A DNA stretch of 63,563 nt, filler included, from Reticulomyxa filosa (GCA_000512085.1; 25 parts of 25 records of this genome joined end to end with filler, not necessarily neighbours in it); one strand, 5' to 3'. Counted from the first letter of the whole stretch, positions 1 through 13,099 are shown. Numbers and translations are program-made. The notes: generated by a model from the sequence alone, not told the origin.

Positions 1-480
1 TAGCAAATTATTATTGCTTCCACCAATCACTGCACACACTCCACAATATTCAACCCTTCTTGTTCCAATCTAAATTGAGTTATTGTAATTGTCTATAAAA
101 GAATCCATTGATTATAATTGTTTAATTTCTTTAGTTTCTTTGATTTATCTATTCATTGTCATTAATATTATCATTGTTATTAATGTCATTACCCCAAACA
201 CTTACATATTTCATCACCAATGTGTGTTTCTTTTTCCACCAAAAGACAAAAAAGTGATTTCATTGCTGTCTTTATTGTTGTTATTCACAAGTTTCACTAC
301 GGTGTCCTAATAATTCAACGTCACTTGGATACAAACAGATAAACTTGTATTTATTTTTAAGTAAACAATAAAAATAACAGTCACTTTAGCTAGAGCCACC
401 ACAACGAGGATTTCATGTTTGTGTAGCACACATTGAGGTTGGGAAAGTGGAATGGCAAGTCCTTCAAATTTTGGATCAAC
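1..480 (-). pseudogene. Frameshifted Kelch-like beta-propeller gene fragment
   Basis: Minus-strand pieces across frameshifts read PLSQPQCVLHKHEIL..GG, KYKFICLYPSDVELLGH, VVKLVNNNNKDSNEITFLSFGG, HTLVMKYVSVW and CAVIGGSNNNLL. The recurring hydrophobic-GG motifs are Kelch-like. Confidence 0.7.
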
Positions 481-1123
481 GTTGATTTTTGTGCTGTGTT
501 TTAATTCCGCATGTTGTTAATGTTAGAACTATTATGTAATTTCAACATTTATAAAAAAGGGATTCCTCTTTTAAAAAAACTTACTGTTGCATTACAAAAA
601 AAAAGTAATTTATTGTTGAAATCGGCAAAGTTATGGCATTATTGCGATCGCTTTTGAAACAGGACTTTGTTATGACGGCAACACTGTGCAAGCAAGAAAA
701 TTAAAAATGTTGCTCTAGATCATCTGGATGACCATAAAAACACTTTAAACATCATACAATCCAACCAAGTGGCGCCTAAAAAAAAATACAGAAACCGCTC
801 AAATACGTTTCTTAAAATCATAATCTTCAATCTAATTTCTTCATAATCGTCATCATACATTCAAGACTCATTGCGTCTAACTTTGTACCACATCAAGCTC
901 TTTTCACCAGAATTTCAGGTCGAGTAACATAGTCAAAACTGATTGCGGTCTAACTTTTTACCACACCGAGATTTTTTCACCGGAATTTCACAAATGTGTT
1001 TGCAATATATTGGTCTATCATCCTAAATTGGTTTGGTCATTTTACGTTTTTTAACATATTTTAATGTTGTTATCAATACTTAGGTCCTTTTATACCCCTT
1101 AATTCTTCCTTCATCCCCCATTA

Positions 1124-1223
1124 NNNNNNNNNNNNNNNNNNNNNNNNNNNNNNNNNNNNNNNNNNNNTTAATTAATTAANNNNNNNNNNNNNNNNNNNNN
1201 NNNNNNNNNNNNNNNNNNNNNNN
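1124..1223. other. Artificial contig-joining linker (first of 24 identical 100-bp spacers)
   Basis: N44-TTAATTAATTAA-N44, with stops in all six frames. Other copies start at 4377, 5830, 7242, 8502, 19272, 23061, 25519, 26986, 31892, 34577, 35842, 37895, 39643, 44834, 47049, 48149, 49952, 54427, 55793, 56944, 58270, 59466 and 61909. Confidence 0.99.
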
Positions 1224-2463
1224 GATTACTTTACCTCGATATGTTTACTTGAAGAAACTGCAATGAAATTAAATGAACTTTTGATTGTGCTCCTCATTAA
1301 TGAAATAACTTATGAAAAAGAACCAAAGATTTCAATGAAAAAATTGCATGATTCTGATTTTTCATTAAATTTGTTTTTTTTCAAGGATACTTTATACACA
1401 GTTTTTACCTTTACATAATATTCCCTTTTCTATTATTTCTCTTTTTTTGTAAGTGCGCATCTTTTATTCCGATGCTGAGCCTTAAATACTTCTCATTGAA
1501 GACACTAGGTGTTCAGCTACACCGTTAATAGTATAGTGTAGTATTTTTTTAATATTCGTTGATATGCATTTATATCTGCCATTGGATTTAACTCACTCTG
1601 AACACCTTTCCATTATCAAGCATCCACGCAAATCAGTGGTCAAATCCAACTGCTGGTTATTTTTGTCTGTGGTTAGTCCATTGAGTATAGACATTGTACA
1701 TCTCTTTGATCCCTCTTTTTGCTTAGTTAATTTATTAAAATGAAACGTTTCTCAGCATCCTTTTCAAAAGTGTTTCATAATAAAAATTAAATATTTATCT
1801 CATTTTTCTTATCTGAGCAAGCCATTAATATTATTTTTAATATGTTGGTAATGTTTCCACTTCACAAAAATTACTCGTTATTTCTTTTAAAAATACTAAC
1901 AGTTTTAACTTCAACCACGCCTATTGACATAAAGTTTTTAACGAGTCAAAATTAAAGTTTACAACGGTACATTTAAACAAGAGAAAAACTTAACATTCCT
2001 AAAAAGACGCACTCACTAAAATTAAACCGGCAAAAAAAGAAAATGTATGTTACTGTTTTAGGAAAGCGCAGTGAATACAGTACATTCACGGGTCAAAGTT
2101 GAAATGCTTTGTTACTTTTAATAGTGAACAGTGTGGCCTCCTTTTCGGAACCGTTTGCACAAACATAACTGAAAGCGTTTCCAAAAATACTAAAAAAGGC
2201 AAGGTTCGCAGACTGAAGAATTAATTGTCTAATTTTGGGAGAAAGTAAAAAACTTACGTCAAGATTTTTTAACTTTTGAAGATACATTAAAACGAAAAGT
2301 ATTTTTGAATACTGCGATAAGGTAAATGTAGTTAAGGCATTACTTAGAAAATTACAAATGTTGTGAATTTTTTTTTGTTATTGTGAAGCAAAAAAAAAAA
2401 ACCCAACAAATTTAAAATGTATAACGAAGGCATTGAGCCATAATAAAGGAGCATCGGATTAGA

Positions 2464-4359
2464 TTAAAACTCTGGTGCACTCGGGAAAATAATGGGGACA
2501 CGAAGATGCATACGAGTAAAACTCCACAAGAGATACTGTTGAATAATAAGCAAAGCATTGACCAATTCGAAATAGTCGAAAAATATAAGGGAGCAGTCCT
2601 TCCAAGGAGGAACCATGTAAACTAAAAAACTTTTGCAAATCCACCAGACGAGAATGATGGACAAGATGACTTGTACAGCACGATGCAAGATGTAGAAACG
2701 ACTCCAATTTGGATAAGATCGAAAGATATGTTTAACAATGCGATGACAGCAAACAATGAGAAAGCAGCAATCAAAGAAGAAGGTAAATGTCGACAGCCTT
2801 CGGCAGTGTACATCAGTGTCGAACATGGCAAGCGAGATCGGTATGAGGAAAAAGAGGATGAGAAAGGAAAACGAATAGGGAGACGCAAGACATAGTGCAA
2901 TAAACATATATACCGACACATAGATAATGCCTTCGAAAAAGATGCTCACAGTGGTGCAGAAATAGCATGTAAAACAACAAGCAAAAACACCAGCAAGGAC
3001 AGCCGATGCATAAGCAAATGGAAACTGTGTTCGCAACTGCCTCCAACATTTCGAACCCAGTGTGAAGTAATAGATACCAAATATTGTCAATATAAAACCA
3101 CAAAGCCATATCAATATCCTTACTGTCAATCTACGACGCGACCCAAAGCGATGGACGATGAATGCCAACAACAGCAATATGGACACAAAGTATGAAGGGA
3201 TATTTGGGAATAAAAACGTGCTCAAGTTAATGTTCTTGCAGAGATTAGTGTCCCACTTGTCCGAGTACTCGACCGTGGACCAAATCGAAAACATGATATA
3301 TCCAATTACAGAAAGAATGAGACAATACTTAAAAAATTTAAAGAAATACTTGTATGCTCGAACAAAGTAATCAACCACAAGCGATGGGTTTTCGAATAAT
3401 GTTGCATCATCTATTGGCTCTATCTCTTTTTGCAATACCAACGCCTGCGCTTTCTTCACATTATCTTGTCCTGGCAATAGCTCTTCTTTTGCAATCCCCT
3501 CTTTCCATTCGTTTAGCTTGCGTTTTGCTCCAAGAATCATCGTCCCAGCATACGAAGGCGCAGATGATGTCGTTGTATTTTTGCCACTTAGCGTTGCCAT
3601 AAGACGTTCCATTACTGTTGCTGGCGTTTGCTCTTGCGCTTGTCCTTGCGATTGCTTTTGCACTGGCTGCTGCTGTATGGAGTAATTATGTGCGTCCAGC
3701 TTGGTCGGATGTAAGTCTTCTTTTGGATTTATCCATGCTTCACTTTCGTTCTCATCATTATCCTTGCCATTGATCTCAGTCTTGTTGGTATCAATCTCTG
3801 TCTCGGACTCAGTCTTGATCTTTGCTTGGTCTTTGGCATGCTTGTCCAAAAGATATGGATTTTTAACCAAAATTTTGTATAATATAGTAGATGGCAAATT
3901 AAGAGCCAGTGCATATCCAAACCATCCATGAGCACGTATCAACCCTCTCCTGATTTGGGTTTGCAAATTGGAAATGTGTTTGGAAGAATCGCGACTAATA
4001 TCCATGATCAATGTATTAAATGCCAACAATTCCATTACACCTGCATTTTTGATTTGAGTGACATTCACAATTGTCCAAATTTGATTCATAAACCCGCATA
4101 AATAATACCATTCATACATATTCCAGTTATTCAATGCTTTGTTTGCCACAAATGACAAAAGTGATAATTTTAATATCAATGACATCACTCCAATTCCACA
4201 CAAAGTGACACTCAAGAAAAATAGTAGAGTCATCACCGATCTCAAATACGAATTTTCACCAGTGATCTTGAACACTTCCCAGTCAATTTGGTATTGACAT
4301 TCATCTTCAAATTTTTTCAATTGTCTTTCAAGTTCCATTTGCAGTTGGATAATCTCCAC
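2464..4359 (-). CDS. Multi-pass membrane protein of unknown family (5' truncated at contig edge)
   Basis: Uninterrupted 631-codon ORF. An N-terminal hydrophobic block, a polar Q/E/T-rich linker and a C-terminal half with roughly 8 hydrophobic segments. Confidence 0.8.
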   Translation of the reverse strand: MEIIQLQMELERQLKKFEDECQYQIDWEVFKITGENSYLRSVMTLLFFLSVTLCGIGVMSLILKLSLLSFVANKALNNWNMYEWYYLCGFMNQIWTIVNVTQIKNAGVMELLAFNTLIMDISRDSSKHISNLQTQIRRGLIRAHGWFGYALALNLPSTILYKILVKNPYLLDKHAKDQAKIKTESETEIDTNKTEINGKDNDENESEAWINPKEDLHPTKLDAHNYSIQQQPVQKQSQGQAQEQTPATVMERLMATLSGKNTTTSSAPSYAGTMILGAKRKLNEWKEGIAKEELLPGQDNVKKAQALVLQKEIEPIDDATLFENPSLVVDYFVRAYKYFFKFFKYCLILSVIGYIMFSIWSTVEYSDKWDTNLCKNINLSTFLFPNIPSYFVSILLLLAFIVHRFGSRRRLTVRILIWLCGFILTIFGIYYFTLGSKCWRQLRTQFPFAYASAVLAGVFACCFTCYFCTTVSIFFEGIIYVSVYMFIALCLASPYSFSFLILFFLIPISLAMFDTDVHCRRLSTFTFFFDCCFLIVCCHRIVKHIFRSYPNWSRFYILHRAVQVILSIILVWWICKSFLVYMVPPWKDCSLIFFDYFELVNALLIIQQYLLWSFTRMHLRVPIIFPSAPEF

Positions 4360-4476
4360 TTCTTCTTCTTCTTCTTNNNNNNNNNNNNNNNNNNNNNNNN
4401 NNNNNNNNNNNNNNNNNNNNTTAATTAATTAANNNNNNNNNNNNNNNNNNNNNNNNNNNNNNNNNNNNNNNNNNNN

Positions 4477-5110
4477 TCTTCTAGTAATTGTTTATATGAT
4501 GATGATGATGATGATGATGAAAATGAAGGATATATTACTTTTTCTAATTCTCTAATTTTTTGGATTGCTTCTACTCTTTTTTCTAAACCTATTAATTCTG
4601 AATCTTCTTCACGTAGATTCCATGCTGCATGTTGTCTTTGTTGACACATTTCACTATATTTATGTTGAAATACATGATTTGTTTCTTGTGAATATTTTAT
4701 AAACATTACTACTACATCTTTTGATAATATTTTTAATAATTTTTCTGCTATAATATCACGTCCACTATCTTTGTCTACTGTATAATTTTGTGTATCCAAA
4801 TATTTAAATATTTCTGTTGTTGCTTTTGTTGAGTCTTGTACAATTACATTTTGTAATGGAAATCCACTTAACGCACCTAATGTTTGAAATTTAATTATCC
4901 AAAATATTGATTTATTTAATTGTAATGCTTGTACACCAGATGATTGTAATTCCACAATTGCTGATTTTTTTCCTTCCCAAAATCGTATTTGTTTACCAAC
5001 TGTTGAAAGATCAGATGTTCCAGATCTTCTTAATACTGTTTTCCATTGTTTTAAGAAATTTTGTATTTCATTTAATGCTCTGTCTTCACACAAACTTTTT
5101 AAAACATTGG

Positions 5111-5143
<33 letters not shown>

Positions 5144-5802
5144 AATTTGATAATGCTTTTAATGCATTAACAATATTAATATTACTTTTTTGTTCTTCAA
5201 TACATAAATCAATACATTCTTGTACACCTTTTACAAGATCCAATGCAATACCAAATAATAATGATTCATCTTGACTTTCAATTAGTTTCATTTCCAATTC
5301 TATCAATTTATCCAATACACCACTTCCACTTGTACTACTACCAATATTTGCATTTGCACCACCTCCTCCTCCTCTTTGCTTTTGCTCTTCCAATTGAGCT
5401 AATCGAACTGCCATAGGGACAAAACTATGACAAATGTATGGTAACATATAACCTAATGGGGATTGATTTACTACCACTTGTGATGATGTTGGTTCTCCAT
5501 GTAATTTTACCATATCCGTATTTAATCCTTTTTTCGCATCAAAACTTTCTTCTGGTATTTCATCCAACATGTTCACATTTTTGTTTGCATTTCCATTTGC
5601 ATTTGTATTTGAATTTGAATTTGAACTTCCACCTTCTGCTGATTTACTTTCTTCCCTAATTGTTCGCTTTTGCAATACAATTGTTATTTCTTCAATGTCC
5701 ACAAATGATTCTATCAATCGTTTTGATACATCACTTTCCACGCATAATCGAATATCTTCTTCGTTGCCATTCAATAATATTTTTCCCGTTTCCACCAAGT
5801 AC
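4477..5802 (-). CDS. Cytoplasmic dynein heavy chain N-terminal (tail) region, divergent, partial
   Basis: Collinear matches to dynein-1 tail motifs: SPLGYMLPYICHSFVP, KLIELEMKL, ALNEIQNFLKQW, QIRFW, GFPLQNV, IAEKLLKILS, LEKRVEAIQKIR. The frame is open to the contig end. Confidence 0.7.
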
Positions 5803-5929
5803 CTTTTTTGATCAACATTATTTTTTCTTNNNNNNNNNNNNNNNNNNNNNNNNNNNNNNNNNNNNNNNNNNNNTTAATTAATTAANNNNNNNNNNNNNNN
5901 NNNNNNNNNNNNNNNNNNNNNNNNNNNNN

Positions 5930-6435
5930 AAAATTATGAAACGGTTAAACAAAAAAAATGAAAACAATAAATTTCCTGATTTAAATCCAATTGAAAATCT
6001 TTCGTATAGTAAAGACAATGATTCACAAAAAAGAACCATTTAATACCACTGAAAAAATCTTTGAAACCAATTCGAAACAGAATGGAAAAAAATGGAAACA
6101 AACCTTTGTGAAACTTTAATAAAGTCGATGCTAAAGAATACATGCAGTTAAAAAGACCAAAAAAGATATAACACGTTGGTAAACTTATATTAAATTCTAA
6201 AAAACAAATCTTATCATAATCAGGTACCACAAAAAATTTTTTTAAAGTAAATGAAAGAATAAAATTTTTGAAAAAATTGGAAAGACTTAATAAAAAACCA
6301 AAATGATATTTAAAAACTACACGATTCGTAGATATTTTTAAAAAAATTTTGATTAAATGTTGTTTTTTCATGGAGAAACACAACAATCTATATAAGGTGG
6401 CATTTTAGGTGTCAACTTTCTTTTTTATCTTACTG
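5930..6435 (+). mobile_element. Tc1/mariner DNA transposon remnant, right end
   Basis: PDLNPIENL at 5975, then EWKKMETNLCETLIKSM and a stop at 6180-6182 (Tc1 transposase C-terminus). A long terminal repeat ends ...TACTG at 6435, followed by TA. Confidence 0.85.
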
Positions 6436-6439
6436 TATC

Positions 6440-6700
6440 TCAAAAAGAATAAGAAGGACAAACAAATGAAAATGTGCAAATAAATGTAACTTCAAAGGTA
6501 AGATAGAAAATTTGAATGATCATTTGAACGATTACTGTCCTTTGAAATTGGAATAGTGTTGTTTTAGATCATTTGGGTGTAATTGTTTATATTTTAAACA
6601 CGAATTAGAAAATAATTATGTTTTAAAAATGAAATATCATTTCGATTTAGTAATGATGAAATTTAGATCGATGCAACAGACTATCAATCAACTACAAGTG
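6440..6700 (+). pseudogene. TRAF-type zinc-finger gene fragment
   Basis: CNFKGKIENLNDHLNDYCPLKLE*CCFRSFGCN...KYHFDLVMMKF, which has TRAF zinc-finger C/H spacing and an internal stop. Confidence 0.65.
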
Positions 6701-6759
6701 ATTTCTTTGTAATGATAAGATTTACAAATAGACAGTAAAATAATATGTAAATATGTGTA

Positions 6760-7241
6760 CAGTGGAATGCAAAGTAAAGTTGACACCTAAAACGGTATCT
6801 TATAGAGATGATTGATTTTCTACATGAAAAAATAACATTCAGACATAATTTTTTTAAAAAATATCTACAAAGCGTGTACTTTTTAAATATCATTTTGAAT
6901 TTAGTTTTTTATTACATCTTTCATAATTATTTCAATATTTTATCCTTTATTATTTTTTTTTTAGTTCAATATTTGAATTTTTTAATTATTTTTTTGAAAA
7001 TTGCTAAAGTATTGAATTCTCCAGACTTGAATTAAATCGAAAATTTGTGGTGGATAGTGAAAGCAAAAATATTAAAAAATGACATTCAGATCAAAAGAAA
7101 AACTTCGGAAACAATTTGAACTAGAATGTAAAAAAAAATGATGTGCAAAATTAACAAAACCAATGTCAGAGAAAATATAAGCAGTATACAATGCAAAAAG
7201 TGTTTTAGCCAAATGGTAATTTTCATTAAAAATAATCTTAC
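6760..7241 (+). mobile_element. Internally deleted Tc1/mariner element, left end
   Basis: TA at 6758-6759, then CAGTGG...AAAGTTGACACCTAAAA, the inverse of the 6250-6435 terminal repeat. It is followed almost directly by NSPDLN*IENLWWIVK (7015) and a degenerate C-terminus ending at 7220. Confidence 0.85.
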
Positions 7242-8779
7242 NNNNNNNNNNNNNNNNNNNNNNNNNNNNNNNNNNNNNNNNNNNNTTAATTAATTAANNN
7301 NNNNNNNNNNNNNNNNNNNNNNNNNNNNNNNNNNNNNNNNNTCAACTATTTTTTATTGAAAAAAAAAATTTGTTTAATGGATAAGATTTATACGATTGTT
7401 GTTTGTTTATTTGAAAATAGTTTCTTTGGAAATATGAAGAGATACAAGTCAGAATTAGAAATTGAAGGTATTTTATTTGATTACATTCAGAGAAGTTATC
7501 TATTGTTTTTGTTGTTGTGTGTAATAGACATTATTTATTGCTGAAAGTTGGAGTTCGTTGCTAAGAAGAATAGAGTCAAGCAAGTACCTGCAAAATTCAT
7601 TTTTCTTGTTTTTTTTTTTTTATTTCTTTCAAAGTTTTCAAAATTTCTTTTGTTATTTTAAAAAACACTGTTGTTTGTGTTAAGCTTGTCACTGTTTTGA
7701 ACAAAAAGTTCATCAGTATATGCCCTTTTGTTCTTGCTTGGTTTTGTTTTTATTTTTGATAATTCTTAGATGTTATAACAACGGTTCTAACGAGCAGAAA
7801 AAAAGATTGAAATAAAAGAGGCTGCAGTGCAAATTGACTTCAATGGCATTCTGTCAATTGCTTGTTTACAATGGTTATTTGATCATTACATTTTTTTCAA
7901 TGATCAAAAAATATGAAACTTGCAGTCCAGCAGAAGACAGCAAAGACTCCTCAAGATTGAAGTCTATTGTCTATTGAATTAATCGATTCAATGGCAGAAG
8001 GAAAGTAAGGAATCCAAGTCACTATGATGAAGAACATGAAAATTTTTAAACTAAATGGATGTTTATGAATTGTCAATACTTTTCCCAATTTTCTTTCTAC
8101 ATTAAAAAAAATTCATTTGAGCAAAACTTTTCAGTGATCCTTGTTTGTTGATTTATCCTGGAAGATTCAGCAAATTTTTTTCAAATATTATGTATTTAAA
8201 AAAATGATATTTCACAAAGAAAGAAAAGCATTTGACAAAATTCACTTTCACAGTCTTCATACTGCAAAAGGTACCGGGAAAAAAAAGTGCACATGTACAA
8301 AATTTAAAAAATTAAATTTTATACTTTTGATGAAACGACTGTATCGAATGCACAAGTCAAGGCAAAATGCCTGAGCAAATGAATCACACTATGATTTACA
8401 ATCCAAGCAGGAGATAAAATTTCATATTTGCGATCATTTCTAGCAACACCAATAATCGCCAAAATCCATGCTGCAATGGCCACTTTCCCAGCAGTCGAAA
8501 ANNNNNNNNNNNNNNNNNNNNNNNNNNNNNNNNNNNNNNNNNNNNTTAATTAATTAANNNNNNNNNNNNNNNNNNNNNNNNNNNNNNNNNNNNNNNNNNN
8601 NTCGCAATCGTTTTACATTTTATTTCTTTTTTTTTTTTTGATTGGGTGAAAAAAATGGATTGGCTGCACTTTGACTTGTAGACAAGTAAACAGATGAAAA
8701 ATATCTCCAAAAAAAAGATACCTGCACAACTCCAATCTCTTGTGTCGTCCCACGAGTTTCGGCACAATTTTCATTTGAT

Positions 8780-9750
8780 ATTATTCTTTGTGAAAATATA
8801 CTTACAAGCCTCACAAGAGAAAGAATGTTCTTTGATACACCCGTGATGATGACATACCTTTCCAAATTCATTATCCAAGTAACTAACTCCAATGATGGTC
8901 ATGATTTTTATAAAGCAAGGGTCCATGTACTTGGGGATTGAAACCTCATTTTCTCAATCTTTTTGATAATATATTCCAAATTGCGATCGGTCATTGCAAT
9001 GGTCAGTTCGACCAAGTGATTGTGCTTCAACTACTGTAGTTAATAGACCAAAGATATTCATTGATCATGAGCAAGTTGCTGTCAGAGTGAGTGTCTCCAT
9101 TGAATCTGCCCGTTTTGAAGATTTGACACTCATACACCAAAAGCATCTTAAGAAAAAGCGTCACATTGGGTACCAAGAACCCACAATACGCTGACAGGTT
9201 GTCAGACCACGTTAGCAGGATCAACAGCAAGGTAAGCATGCAATTGAGTAAAGCGTTAGTATGTTATGTAAATCACTCAGCTTCTTTATTGTAGAAAAGA
9301 AAAGCTTCTCATGCAACAAACATGAAAGGGGGAGAAAAAAGCTCGTCAAGGCAACAAAAGTGTAAACATAAACAATAATTTGAACTTAAAATATTTTAAA
9401 AAATAACAAGTTTTAGTAATTTTTGAACAAAAATTGGAAAATTATTTTTTTTGACTTGATAACGTTGTCAGTGACAGCAGGAACGGACCATTGAAAAAAA
9501 AGTTTTTTGATATTGTAATTGATGATCTTTAAAACTAGACAGTTATTGAACAATCAAAAAAAATTGATGAAAAAGATGGTATCATTGTGGTGGGTATTAA
9601 GGTGTAGCACTTTGGTAGCGACTGGCGACATGGGCACATGTCTGCCAGACGGTTCTTGCATTGTGTGTAATCAAATACAAAACTGTTCAACAGAAGGCTG
9701 GGTATATATATGAAGGTTCCAGCAAATCAATACAACGTGGATACTCATGA
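8780..9750 (+). repeat. Diverged ~1-kb direct repeat, copy 1 (3' end of one decayed gene plus start of a signal-peptide gene)
   Basis: Collinear with 15980-16975. Shared blocks include aatgttctttgatac, aagggtccatgt.cttgggga, ttttgaagatttga, acgctgacagg and aaaactgttcaacagaaggctgggt. Confidence 0.9.
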
Positions 9751-12700
9751 TAAGAGTTTGTTAGTGGAAAATGAACTGAAGAATTACAAACATGGTCACA
9801 CTCACATTATGGTATTTCACAATAATATACTGACTTATCATTGCAACATCAGCACATTACTTTGGAACATAATTTATTTAGATTTTGGTCCAGTTATGCG
9901 CATATTACGCATTTTTGGAAACTTAAGTACTTCATCAATCATCAAATATACATTGATATAATTGCTATTTATGAATATGGATTGAAGAGGCTATTTAGAG
10001 CATTTGGGACGATATATCAAATAATATTTGATAACATAATTCCACAAGAATACATAAATGGCCATATGATTAATTTTTGGGTATACTTTGGTGGCACTAA
10101 AACCACAACACAACTGGTTATTATTTTGGCCCTTGCTTACCCCCTTTTTTTTTGAATTAGTTGGGTCTTGTACGTATATGTGTTCTAGTTGATTTTTTTT
10201 TTTAGTATACTTTGCATATTTTATAAGCGCTTGGTTGATATGCTGACTTATTTTTTTGTATAATTAAATTAATTTTAAAACATTGGGAAAAAAAGAAGAA
10301 AAGTCTTTTTATTTTTAAAACAGAAAAGGATGCTGCCTTTTTTTTCCAAATAACATTAATCGCGCAAAAGTTTGGGAAATAGAAAAAATGAATGCACCAA
10401 CGAACTCTTCATAATGAAACACTTAGAGATTAAAGATATTTTCAACGTCGACAAAGAAGACCGCAAGAAAGTATTAAAATCTGGATTTATTTGGGTTGCT
10501 TTTTTTTATAAATTAAAATATAACTGCAATGAAAAAGACAATCATTAGAGCCCAACACATTTATATTTAATGAAAATGACAAACTCAATGAAATGAATAC
10601 ATTGAAAGAAATAAAACAAAACAAAAACAAAACAATGTGATGATTTATCATATCATCGAAGAGATTGTGCATACAACATTGCCAAATATATATATATATA
10701 TATATATTGGATAATGTGTTTTCTTTTTTTGTCTTGCGTGTACTCAAAGGTTGTGATGAGTCTTGCTTTGCTCGATGATAATGACGGTATGCAATCGAAT
10801 GTATCTTTGGCGGTGGCCAATGCAATCAGCGAAGAAGAAGATAGAGAAGATAGTTGGTACAATTGTGGTCCCAATATTACACCATGGCATCGACATTATC
10901 ACATATGCCAAATTACGACAACATCGGCAAAACAGAGCCAACAAAAGTGACAATCGATTGAAAGTCAGTATTTGTAGCGTTATTTTTGTTTACATTAAAT
11001 ACGATGACTTGGTCATTGTCCAATATGTTGAGTTGCCGCCTTGTCTTGGGCAGGCATTATTAAAATCCGGAATCACATCCTTCTTCTCCATTTGCAGTTC
11101 CATTACAGACACTACTAATTGACCTAGCATATCCTAATTGTTGTAAACACAAGAACAACAGCTTAATTCAATCTGTTTTAAAAGATAGACAAAAGCAATT
11201 GTATTGTTTTAACTTCAAACGTCTGTCAAAGGTATTACGATAATCGAATGAAATCATCAATTGAATCATTTCCTGCCAACTTCCATTGACGATAATATCA
11301 GCGGTAATTTTGCAAGACAATTGCAGGTGTCACCATTGTGAGTCATATATGCATAATCGGAAACACATGTGAATTACAACGACGGATATTTTACTAATTA
11401 TGCATATGACGACTTGATTGAGATATCATAGGCACATAATGTTCATTGCCACTGTGCTTAGTCTCAATTAATATCATCCATAACAATTAATCATTTTGTT
11501 ATCTTTGTTTACACTGCCCATTTGCTTCTATCGATAAGTTCCTTGCGAGCTTCATGAACACCTGTTATACCCTTGACATAGTTCATATGCTTGATCGATA
11601 TTTTTTCTTTTTTTTAATATACTTTTATCTTTATTTTTCTTTCCCTCGAAGCCTAAAGATTTGTCCATATTGTTTTGATTAATACACGCAACAACAACCG
11701 AAAATTAAAAAAGTAATGTAGACTTTCAATGATTAATACTGTTCAATCAAATGTCCAATCTATTCAGTACCCATTTGCAGTTGCATCCACCACAACTCTG
11801 GTAGAGCGTTCCTTCATGGATTATATCTATTGTATGTATAGATTTATGAATATACTACAGCAATCCACTTTTAAATTGTGATTGTAACATACCAAGAGAA
11901 GATCGGATCACAATTGTCAATGGATTATGTTCATATAGTCTGTTATCCTTGATTGTGGCTTGTGATACGGTTAATTTTAAACTTGTTAGTGTTCCCAGAT
12001 GATGGATTTGTGGAGCCGATTCCAAATTATTTGTTTTGTGGACATCACTACATACGATTGCATTCAGTCCATTTCCAGAAAACTAATAAATTACTCGACT
12101 ACATCACAAATTTAAAGCAACATTAATAAGTCTATTGCCATGTCCGATATTTAATTGTTTGTGGCACACGCTATCTATCTATATACATATATATATATAT
12201 ATATATACGATATACATGAATAATACATTAATTAAAGATTGTCAAAGAAAGAGATAGTGACAATTATTTTTTCCAAATTAAGTTCAACAAATCGACCTTT
12301 TTCTACTTTTGATAGCAATATTTCGACACGTAGGATTTGACCAAGTGGATTGGAGTTGTTTCAACGCGGAATAATTGGTCGCGTTTGTGCTTACAATGGC
12401 AGACTGCCATATATTGATCCTTGAGAACGCAGACAGTATATGTCATTGAAAGTTTGTGAAATGAGAAAATAATGGACTTTATTTTCTTGACTACGATATC
12501 GCATTGTAAAATATCCATTAATTAATTGAAGATCATACTCCCGATATATTGAGAGCCACCATATTATTACTTTCTCACATCGCTTGCATGTAGTTTTTGT
12601 AACGTATCCGTTCGAATCAAGGCAGCAGATTTGATTTTGTATGCTGTGAATCCGCTTCTTCTTCATTTGCGATTATACTACCTACATCACCAGTGTGCTT

Positions 12701-13099
12701 AGTGTATTCTGGTTATTGCAAGCACAAACACAACAATGCAAATTTTTAGAAAGAAAGACAAAAGAAACTAACTTTTTTTAATCATAATATTCTCTCAAAG
12801 GTATTCCATTATATAACGAAATAATCCATTCAATAATCTCCTTCCAGCCTTCCTTGATGATAATAACCAATATTCTTTGCAATCAAATTGCAAACATCAA
12901 AGCTTTACTATCTTCCACGAAAGTCATATCAATTTTGCATTGGAAATATCTACGGTCCGTTGGCTTCTTTTCCTTTTCATTAATCGACTTTTCTTCTTCT
13001 GCTTTTTCATTTTCTCTTTGTTTCATTCCAAACCTTTACAATGCAAATTTATTTTTTTCAAACAAATACACATAAAAAAAATATAATACTTAACTTTGT

